The notes beneath the pieces were generated by a model. That model worked only from the letters and a program-made list of their open reading frames with translations. It was not told the origin of the DNA and searched no databases. Source: a virus (lineage: Duplodnaviria > Caudoviricetes). From it: a DNA stretch of 64,000 bases. Position numbers and translations under genes: made by a program. Positions within the stretch are counted from its first letter, which is position 1. Each line of letters opens with the position of its first letter. Of this stretch, positions 30,450 to 38,082 are shown in pieces. The stretch spans positions 64,001-128,000 of the IMG/VR virus record IMGVR_UViG_3300010163_000002; one strand, given 5' to 3'.

Positions 30450-30553
30450 CACAACCCAGATGGATTTAACCATCTGGGCAATGTAGGGGTAAGTAAGAAC
30501 TTCAAAAGAAAGTTATAATGGGTTTTAATATATAAAGGCAGATTTATATATTA
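30450..30553 (-). ncRNA. Candidate ~100-nt late small RNA
   Basis: Late promoter aact-attaag-ta (30563-30552), 11-bp 5' hairpin 30526-30553, pyrimidine-rich linker, terminator cccagatgg/ccatctggg at 30455-30478. Confidence 0.5.
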
Positions 30554-30573
30554 CTTAATAGTTCTATTATATA

Positions 30574-30807
30574 TTATTTATATACAGATTTTAAAGCTCC
30601 ATGTAAAGGATTAACTGTATAATGCGTTACAGTATCTTTAGGTTTAGGATAAAATGATGTATCAAGATCTTCTATAAAATCTTCATAATCACCACTTGAC
30701 GGTATAATATCAGCTTCCTGACATGCTGTATGAATTTCTACATATGGATCGTTTATGACAGCATCGCTGCTGTTAAACAAATCTGACAATGATTTTATTC
30801 CATTCAT
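30574..30807 (-). CDS. Small hypothetical protein
   Basis: 77 aa, AAGGAGG RBS. Confidence 0.7.
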   Translation of the reverse strand: MNGIKSLSDLFNSSDAVINDPYVEIHTACQEADIIPSSGDYEDFIEDLDTSFYPKPKDTVTHYTVNPLHGALKSVYK

Positions 30808-30819
30808 TAGTTTTCCTCC

Positions 30820-31701
30820 TTAATTTATAATAGTGCACATATCTCTACCATATTTAGTATCAGCACATCTATACTGGCTGTTAGAAAAATATGGTATTAA
30901 ACCATATCTAATAGGATTATTAGCTGTAGGTTTAACCGGATAATATGTAACGATTGATGTATCTATTTCAAAATTTAAACCCGATCTTCTATAGAATAGA
31001 TTATATTGAGGAACTTGCCCGCTAGTATATTTATGTGTAGCATAATCGTTGTGTGGATAATATTCTCCATTTTTTAAACTATTTGAATACTTGGATATAT
31101 CGCTATCAGGGAATTTTTTCATTTTAACATATCCTGGAGCATATATTCTTTTCCATGGTTCTATATTTCTTTGCCTATCGTATAAATCAATTATATATGG
31201 CATATGGTCATATAAATATTCGTCAGTATATCCCTGAATATGCGGCAAATCCGCTAAAAAATACTCAAAACACAACCATCTGTCACATACTATAGTCCCA
31301 AGAGCCCCAATATATGGGAATGTGCTACATCCGGGATTATAGCATGCGCGAATCATATCTTTCCACATCATCCATGCTTTAGGATTATCATCTCTCGATG
31401 CTCTGCCCATATACGAAGTATCATAATCCAAATTTGGTATGTACCATTTTAAGTTGCCTTTTATAATGCTATCGTATGTAATAATAGAATCAGATGCTAA
31501 TAAAATAAATTCGCGATTGTATATATCCACCCTAAATAATGGGCATTTACATTCCCCAATTTCTGGATCTAATATTCTCTGGTCTCTTCTAGATATTTCT
31601 TTAATATGTACAATATATCTCTTACCAGAATAATAAATTTGATTTAGTTGTATCGGATCTCCTAATTTAATCTTGATTGGTTCAATAATAATGTTTTTCA
31701 T
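30820..31701 (-). CDS. Protein with degenerate HNH-homing-endonuclease-like domain
   Basis: WKDMIRACY...YIGALGTIVCDRWLCFEYFLADL; the IDRID/HNH catalytic segment is not intact. Confidence 0.6.
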   Translation of the reverse strand: MKNIIIEPIKIKLGDPIQLNQIYYSGKRYIVHIKEISRRDQRILDPEIGECKCPLFRVDIYNREFILLASDSIITYDSIIKGNLKWYIPNLDYDTSYMGRASRDDNPKAWMMWKDMIRACYNPGCSTFPYIGALGTIVCDRWLCFEYFLADLPHIQGYTDEYLYDHMPYIIDLYDRQRNIEPWKRIYAPGYVKMKKFPDSDISKYSNSLKNGEYYPHNDYATHKYTSGQVPQYNLFYRRSGLNFEIDTSIVTYYPVKPTANNPIRYGLIPYFSNSQYRCADTKYGRDMCTIIN

Positions 31702-31955
31702 AATGCATATCCTTTCTTCTTTATCCCCTGATATTGCCTAATATTAATTAGTCTTTATGCTTTAGTAATTTTGTTTTTACATGAATCTTTTTTATTTGTT
31801 TTACTTATCTTTCTACTATTTAAATCAGTATGAGCGTAAGCGGAACCTTTTTGCTTTGTTTTTATGTGAATCTTTCTTATTGGTTTTTATTTATCTTTTA
31901 TTTCTTATTTATCTAAATTATTTGAATCTACTATCTGCGGAGAGACCGCGGTCTT

Positions 31956-31967
31956 TACAATTCTGTT
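31956..31967 (-). promoter_or_regulatory. Late promoter AACA-N6-TA driving a ~255-nt A-rich leader
   Basis: Minus strand aaca-gaattg-ta. Confidence 0.5.
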
Positions 31968-32022
31968 TAGGCCTGTGTATTTTTTTACACAAGCTGATTT
32001 CAATCAACAATTACTATACCTT

Positions 32023-32034
32023 AACAAATAATTA
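32023..32034 (+). promoter_or_regulatory. Late promoter AACA-N6-TA
   Basis: aaca-aataat-ta upstream of the vRNAP subunit. Confidence 0.65.
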
Positions 32035-32080
32035 ATATGGAAAATACCAGTGAAATTAATATAAGAAAGGAGATATTAAA

Positions 32081-32809
32081 TTGAATAAACAAAGATTAGA
32101 AGCAGAAAGATTAATTTATAAAGTTATGGATATATTAGACCCAAGTGGAAAAAATAAAGAATACTGGGTAGAAGAATTTAGTAATATGACAGACGAACAG
32201 TTTAAGAAATATATTTCAAAGCATTACCCATTTTATTTCCAAACTGGAGCATTTAAAGAACCAAGAATCAATCAAATAGAAAAAGCATTTAAAGCAATAA
32301 ATGTACCGTTATTAGAAAGGGTATATTTACCATATAAATATAAAGACCCAAAGACTGGTAAACCTATAAAAAGTAAACCTTGTTTAGTAGTATACATTCA
32401 TATTAAGAGAATGAAACAGCTATTAACCAAAAAGAATGGTATGCAAATATCTGCAGATACTAGAGATATGAAAACTGGATTGCTTACAGGAATAGATAAA
32501 AATGGTAAAGAGTCGGATAGGGAATTCGAATCTTTAGCAGTATCTGGATTAGATTATACAGCAAAAGAAATGAGTAGACCAAGAGCAGATGCAATGGATG
32601 ATAAAGATGTAATGAATAACACTATTAAAACTTTAGGGCAAGTATCATTGTCGGAATTACCAGAGGATATAGCAGATCCCCTATCAAAGAATCTATTGAA
32701 TGCTTATTTTATTGGAGCTCAATTGTACACAAATATTATCAGTAAAGATGATTATATGCTTCCATATACTCTCAAAGATAAAAATAAAAAATTAGAAAGA
32801 TTGGATTAA
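32081..32809 (+). CDS. Virion RNA polymerase beta C-terminal subunit (phiKZ gp149-like)
   Basis: ERVYLP...VYIHIKRMKQLLTKK...RDMKTG...ESDRE resembles beta C-terminal YMLKL..HMV.DK...TQQ...FGEME; late context; TTG start. Confidence 0.7.
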   Translation: MNKQRLEAERLIYKVMDILDPSGKNKEYWVEEFSNMTDEQFKKYISKHYPFYFQTGAFKEPRINQIEKAFKAINVPLLERVYLPYKYKDPKTGKPIKSKPCLVVYIHIKRMKQLLTKKNGMQISADTRDMKTGLLTGIDKNGKESDREFESLAVSGLDYTAKEMSRPRADAMDDKDVMNNTIKTLGQVSLSELPEDIADPLSKNLLNAYFIGAQLYTNIISKDDYMLPYTLKDKNKKLERLD

Positions 32810-32815
32810 AATACA

Positions 32816-32842
32816 TAGGGTGGAGAGAACCTCTCCACCCTA
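32816..32842. terminator. Bidirectional terminator
   Basis: tagggtggagag-aac-ctctccacccta. Confidence 0.8.
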
Positions 32843-32846
32843 TACA

Positions 32847-33041
32847 TTATTTTCTTATATGATCATCTATATTTGCCAGCACAAATATGATAATCCACAT
32901 CTGTGCTGCAGCCCATAAAATATACTCAAATCCTAATACCAAATCTGGCAGCCAAACTACAGCTATCGAAAACAGAAAGTTTATAAATAATGCTACCAGT
33001 GTAATACTGATAACAATTCTCTTTTTTGTTTTATTATTCAT
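32847..33041 (-). CDS. Small two-TM membrane protein
   Basis: 64 aa, two hydrophobic segments, AAGGAGG RBS. Confidence 0.7.
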   Translation of the reverse strand: MNNKTKKRIVISITLVALFINFLFSIAVVWLPDLVLGFEYILWAAAQMWIIIFVLANIDDHIRK

Positions 33042-33060
33042 TTAATTTTCCTCCTTAGTA

Positions 33061-33480
33061 TTAGTGAACTCCTAGTAATGCTCTTTTCTGTAGCTCTCTT
33101 ACCAACTTACAAATAAACTGAGCTTCCTGCGAGTTATCCCTTTTACAGTTATTAATATATGCCAGTTCCTCCTGAGTGAATCTAGAACCATCCAAGAATC
33201 TATACTGGGATTCATTCTGCTTAAATTTATTAAGCATATTCCCTCCAGTATAAATTTTCGTCAATGATGACATCTCAGGATTCTGGCTGATAACGACGAA
33301 TATATTTTCATCGCTATCATATATAATGGCTACTCCATCTCTAATATAGCCTGTTCCAGTAGACTGAGACACAATGTCTCTAATTTCCTGAATATTAAAA
33401 TATTCTGTAAGCCTTATTACTAATTCGAAAATCGGTAACTTAGCCACAGTTATCTGTTTTTGAGGTTTAACGTATTTCAT
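33061..33480 (-). CDS. Hypothetical protein
   Basis: Start refined to MKYVK after GGAGGTG. Confidence 0.7.
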   Translation of the reverse strand: MKYVKPQKQITVAKLPIFELVIRLTEYFNIQEIRDIVSQSTGTGYIRDGVAIIYDSDENIFVVISQNPEMSSLTKIYTGGNMLNKFKQNESQYRFLDGSRFTQEELAYINNCKRDNSQEAQFICKLVRELQKRALLGVH

Positions 33481-33983
33481 AACATTGCACCTCCATTTGT
33501 AAGTCTGGCTGTAACCTTTTTGTAGCAATCTTTACGTACTATATCTTTAAACCAAAAAGATGATTCTTCATGCTCATGGTTTGAGATACTATACGAAATT
33601 TCCTTATTTCCATCGGCATCTTCTTCTGTCTGTTCAATAATATAAAAACCGTCAGGCAAAAACATTAGCGCCATATCTACAGTTACAGCACTAGCTAATC
33701 TGTATCCATCGCTGGTAATAAGAGTTGCTTCCATACAACGCTTTCCGAACATTCCGTTGAATACGGATGCGCGACTAGACCAATATTTATCATTGGCTTC
33801 ATCATACATACTATATCCGACGAAATCACCAATCTGTCCATATAAATATTGTACGCCGTCCTCTTCAAGTATAGTATTCATTGGAATCTTGTCCATTTCT
33901 TTATAAGATTCCTTAAGGTACACTTCAAGTTTGATCATGTTGTTGCCATCGGTGAACAACTTTGTTTCTAAAATGTGCATCAT
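33477..33983 (-). CDS. Hypothetical early protein
   Basis: Start refined to MMHIL after AGGAGG; early motif at 34028-34036. Confidence 0.7.
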   Translation of the reverse strand: MMHILETKLFTDGNNMIKLEVYLKESYKEMDKIPMNTILEEDGVQYLYGQIGDFVGYSMYDEANDKYWSSRASVFNGMFGKRCMEATLITSDGYRLASAVTVDMALMFLPDGFYIIEQTEEDADGNKEISYSISNHEHEESSFWFKDIVRKDCYKKVTARLTNGGAML

Positions 33984-34178
33984 TTCATTCCCTCCTGTGT
34001 GGTTTAATATTTCATTTGTATCACGGTTATAGTATATTATCAAATATATCATAATTTACAAATAAATATATTACCAAATATTGAAATACGTTAGATTAGA
34101 GCGACGTGAGTATTATTAAGCGAAATATCAAATCTTTTGACATTAAATTAACTGGATAAAAATAAGGGGGCTAGAACA

Positions 34179-35345
34179 ATGAAAGATACAACAGCCATAT
34201 TGAAAGAAGCTTACCCGGCAATAGAAAATGCTATGAAAAAGAATCTTAATAGCTATAAAAAGTATCTGTCTAATTTCATTAATAATAATTCAGATATTTT
34301 ATATTCAAATATGCCGTCAAAACAATTATATTTTTCACAGAATGATTGTGATGAGTTATTTAAAGCGATTAATGTAAACCCTAGTATTATTACTAGCGCT
34401 ATTGGCCATACATATTATGCAGAAATTGCAAACTTTAATCCAAGATATGCTAAAGATGAAACTACAGTAACATTGATTTGTATTATAAGATATTTTCTGC
34501 TTCATAATATGAAAAAAGAATTAGATTTGGCATTGGTTAATACCGTGTGTAGCGGTAAATATTATCCTAGCATCTGGTATTCATCATTCCCTAAAGCCGC
34601 ACCGAATGAATATGTAATGGATTATGTAATTACTCATATGACCACAAATAAATTTGATATTGTACGTCAGGGTAATGTAATTGGAGCGCTTAAGAGTATT
34701 GCTACAACATGGGTGGAATCTTATAAAGATAGATTTAAGGATTTTCATGATGAAGACGTACAGTACGTAATTCAGCAGTTGCATAATAGAATTAAATCAT
34801 TTATGAATAATATTGCTGAATTATATTATGATGCCAATAAAAATAAAAATGCTTATATTACATATGATTCAGATGATGTATCTGAAGATAATTATCATCT
34901 TGCTAATTCTGATTCCATTATGGTTGATAGATATGCAAGTACAACTATAAATTATATAAATTCTCATGGAATAAACTATAAAGTTTGTAAACTTGCATCA
35001 AATGATCTTGTTAAATTTGATGAGCTTAAGGGAATTATAGATATGCTCTTAAGCGATAAAGATAATATTCCAATGATAAAAGAGTACATTACTCTTATGC
35101 TTGCTTGTTATTATATGGATACTAGAAAGAAGAATATAAATGATATTGAATTTGTATCATATTGTATTACCCCAAAACCAAATAGCAAGAATCAATATCA
35201 TTTGAGAATGAAAGAATTATCAGAAAAAATGCTTATTAATAATGCCGCTAATTTTGCCAGAAGACGTTCCAGAGGTGCTACAGAATCAGCATATTTTAGG
35301 GCATTTAATGCCTATTTCGCCTTACTAATCCAGCAAGCAAATTAA
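34179..35345 (+). CDS. Hypothetical late protein
   Basis: 388 aa; late promoter gaca-ttaaat-ta at 34139-34150; terminator 35357-35382. Confidence 0.8.
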   Translation: MKDTTAILKEAYPAIENAMKKNLNSYKKYLSNFINNNSDILYSNMPSKQLYFSQNDCDELFKAINVNPSIITSAIGHTYYAEIANFNPRYAKDETTVTLICIIRYFLLHNMKKELDLALVNTVCSGKYYPSIWYSSFPKAAPNEYVMDYVITHMTTNKFDIVRQGNVIGALKSIATTWVESYKDRFKDFHDEDVQYVIQQLHNRIKSFMNNIAELYYDANKNKNAYITYDSDDVSEDNYHLANSDSIMVDRYASTTINYINSHGINYKVCKLASNDLVKFDELKGIIDMLLSDKDNIPMIKEYITLMLACYYMDTRKKNINDIEFVSYCITPKPNSKNQYHLRMKELSEKMLINNAANFARRRSRGATESAYFRAFNAYFALLIQQAN

Positions 35346-35356
35346 AAAAAAAATAT

Positions 35357-35382
35357 ACCGCTAGGCAATTATGCCTAGCGGT
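35357..35382. terminator. Bidirectional terminator
   Basis: accgctaggca-atta-tgcctagcggt with upstream A tract. Confidence 0.8.
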
Positions 35383-35408
35383 GTTAATATTTAGTTTTAT
35401 TATAATTA

Positions 35409-36080
35409 TTATTCTTTGTTTTTGATCATTACTAAGTTGCCAAGATATTTAGGATCTGATTCATCATCAAAATCCCATGTTTCTTCTTGCATTTCTGTTG
35501 TTATTATAGGAAATGCTTCAACCAACTGCTTAAATTGATGCTCAGATTTTACTGTAGGAAATTTACTTCCTAAGTCTTCTCTGAATTCATCATATGTCAT
35601 TTCGCTTATATCTACAGCATGATATTCAAAATTTTCATTTCTAGATAATATTCCGGAATTTAACCTGTAATGCTCTTGAAATTCTAAGCCATACTCGTAT
35701 GACCATATTTCTATATCAAGTTGTAATCTTTGCGATTCTCTAATTATATGGGAACCAAAGCTATTATTCCCATATGATTTTTGAAAATCATTGAAATATG
35801 TTAATGGTCCAGGAAACATACATACCCATATAGACCATGCAACTTCAAGATCTATTTCAGCATATTTAATTAACCCATGAAGCCATTGCTTTTTTATAAC
35901 TTCCGCTTTAAATACTCTAAAGAAATGCGGTGGATGTGATACATATGGCGCTCCCTGAGTTGCATCTATGTTATTTAAACAACTCATATAATTATAATCC
36001 CCTTGAAGAATTGCTATAAGCTCATCCACATTAGGGGCATAACCTCTTACCCTTAAAGTACCAGTACATATATTAGGCAT
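35409..36080 (-). CDS. YubB/DUF1281-like ferredoxin-fold protein
   Basis: MPNICTGTLRVRG start, EVAWS, IEIWSYEYGLEF. Confidence 0.55.
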   Translation of the reverse strand: MPNICTGTLRVRGYAPNVDELIAILQGDYNYMSCLNNIDATQGAPYVSHPPHFFRVFKAEVIKKQWLHGLIKYAEIDLEVAWSIWVCMFPGPLTYFNDFQKSYGNNSFGSHIIRESQRLQLDIEIWSYEYGLEFQEHYRLNSGILSRNENFEYHAVDISEMTYDEFREDLGSKFPTVKSEHQFKQLVEAFPIITTEMQEETWDFDDESDPKYLGNLVMIKNKE

Positions 36081-36096
36081 AATATTACTATCCTTT

Positions 36097-36543
36097 CTAT
36101 TTATAACATACTACAATTTCTACGTCATATGGGCCAAATATATCTCTTATAATTTCTTTTACTCTACTCCATTCAAGTTTATCCAACCCGCATCCTATGC
36201 GTGGCATAGCGAGATATTTAATATTGTTTTTGTTTACATAATCAGCCAATGCCTCTAATGATAATAAGAAGTCATTATAAGTAGGCTTGTTCCAATAATT
36301 AAGTTTTGTTACCATATTAAGAACCCTATCACATGGCAATACTAAAACATTATTTTTACCAGGATTTGATATCCATTGTTCTATGACATCTCCATACTTA
36401 AGAAGTTTATTTCTCACATTAAATCTTCTATTAAATTCTACAGCTATACCTTTGCCCATTGCTAAATCGGCGCTAATACACTGTACAAAGTAGTATTTTT
36501 CCGGCATATCAAATAAATCCATTTTTCTCTCTTCAAACATCAT
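36097..36543 (-). CDS. Macrodomain ADP-ribose glycohydrolase (TARG1/Poa1p/DarG-like)
   Basis: DLF, CISADLAMGKGIA, NMVTK, AMPRIGCGLDKLEW. Confidence 0.88.
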   Translation of the reverse strand: MMFEERKMDLFDMPEKYYFVQCISADLAMGKGIAVEFNRRFNVRNKLLKYGDVIEQWISNPGKNNVLVLPCDRVLNMVTKLNYWNKPTYNDFLLSLEALADYVNKNNIKYLAMPRIGCGLDKLEWSRVKEIIRDIFGPYDVEIVVCYK

Positions 36544-36661
36544 AATTTTACCCTCCTATAGTGTAAATTTTTATTACTTACACGTATATAGTATATTATT
36601 ATTTAATTAATTATAAAAAATAATTAACTTATGATTAAATTATATTATTGGAGGTGATATA

Positions 36662-36913
36662 ATGAATAAAATAGATATGATTAAAGATATTATAACTAAT
36701 GAATATAATAGTATTATGAGAAAAATGCCAGACGATATTAGAGATTTAACTAGTAATGTGCATAAATTGTATAGCGCTTGCGAAGTTACCAGAATAGAAT
36801 TTAATTCTATTTATAATTTCATCGTTGAAGAAATAGATTCTAATAAAGCTATTGTCACCGTAATGGATTATAATGGTAGTAAATTTGGGGAGTTTGAATT
36901 CTATTTACAATAA
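36662..36913 (+). CDS. Small hypothetical late protein
   Basis: 83 aa; aact-tatgat-ta at 36626-36637; GGAGGTGA RBS; terminator 36933-36956. Confidence 0.7.
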   Translation: MNKIDMIKDIITNEYNSIMRKMPDDIRDLTSNVHKLYSACEVTRIEFNSIYNFIVEEIDSNKAIVTVMDYNGSKFGEFEFYLQ

Positions 36914-36932
36914 AAAAATAAATATGAGAATG

Positions 36933-36956
36933 CCGGTAGGGATTTCTCCCTACCGG
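36933..36956. terminator. Terminator of the GTAGGG-ATTTCT-CCCTAC family
   Basis: ccggtagggatttctccctaccgg. Confidence 0.8.
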
Positions 36957-37038
36957 GTATATATTGGTTCGGCAGATCTATATTTTTAATATAGTCCGCC
37001 TTTCATATAATTAGTGTTTTTCATAGGATATTTATGAC

Positions 37039-37305
37039 TTAGCCTACTAATATTTCTTCAGTACGTACTTTTATTCCGCAAACATCTTTGTATGTTTGCG
37101 CCATATGGTATGTATAACCATATTTTTCATAATACATATGTATGTACATATAAGTAGACTGTAGGTCTTCTATGGATTCATCATAAGTCGAATAACTTTC
37201 ACCGTTCATAAGATGCTTATGAAGATTACGATCATTCGTGCTTATACCCATATAAGGGCCAAACCCATACAAAGCTCCAGATGGTTCTTTGATGACCTTA
37301 GTCAT
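37039..37305 (-). CDS. Small hypothetical protein
   Basis: 88 aa, GGAGGTGG RBS. Confidence 0.7.
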   Translation of the reverse strand: MTKVIKEPSGALYGFGPYMGISTNDRNLHKHLMNGESYSTYDESIEDLQSTYMYIHMYYEKYGYTYHMAQTYKDVCGIKVRTEEILVG

Positions 37306-37448
37306 AATGCCACCTCCCTTCTGGAAAATATTTGAAAGATAATATTTCTATCTTTCAAATATATATTATACAATAATTTTGCATAATATAACCAGAAGGT
37401 TAAGTGTGGCATGTCAATATTTATTAAATCAAAAAAATAAATTAAATT

Positions 37449-37474
37449 ACCCGTAGGGATTTCTCCCTACGGGT
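37449..37474. terminator. Terminator of the GTAGGG-ATTTCT-CCCTAC family
   Basis: acccgtagggatttctccctacgggt. Confidence 0.8.
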
Positions 37475-37486
37475 TTTATATTTGTT

Positions 37487-38068
37487 TTATAATGTAATCC
37501 ATCCTTTAAAGAAATCTACTGGAATTTGTTTAATAAATTCGTTTTCATTTTCATCATTATACGAATCAAAGCACCCGACTTCAATAATAAGTTTTTTAAA
37601 GTCTTTTTTAACATCATCTAATGGATAGTTGTCAGTGCTAATTTTACCAATGCAACAATCGCTACAATCTTTATCTGACCAAAAGTAATAATAGTAATTT
37701 CCACATTTTCCTAGCACATGAATATCATCAAATTTAGCAGAAATCCCCAAATTAGTATGAGGTTTTCCTCCGGCATCTATAAGAGAGCAGCTATCTTCCC
37801 AACATAAATAATTTTCACCACGAACTTCAGGATTATAATTTATACGCAAGCTCTTATATCTTCGTGCCATATAAGCGTCAATGATATCTACGTAATTAAT
37901 AAAACCATTTATATATGTGCTAGATACATATGAATATACTACACCTTCTGTTGGTCCTTCCATTAAATCATCATGGTCGGGATAATCAATCCACTCCATT
38001 TCATTTAATTTTTTTGCCTTATAAATACAACCCATGGGTACATTTTCATCTCTAATTATTTTGGCCAT
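37487..38068 (-). CDS. Hypothetical protein
   Basis: 193 aa; VLGKCGNYYYYFW..DCSDCCIGKI. Confidence 0.75.
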   Translation of the reverse strand: MAKIIRDENVPMGCIYKAKKLNEMEWIDYPDHDDLMEGPTEGVVYSYVSSTYINGFINYVDIIDAYMARRYKSLRINYNPEVRGENYLCWEDSCSLIDAGGKPHTNLGISAKFDDIHVLGKCGNYYYYFWSDKDCSDCCIGKISTDNYPLDDVKKDFKKLIIEVGCFDSYNDENENEFIKQIPVDFFKGWITL

Positions 38069-38082
38069 ATTTAACCTCCGCT

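Noticed and set aside
31781-32035. 84-aa F/L/Y-rich + strand ORF
   Set aside because: Artefact of the T-rich skew; no RBS
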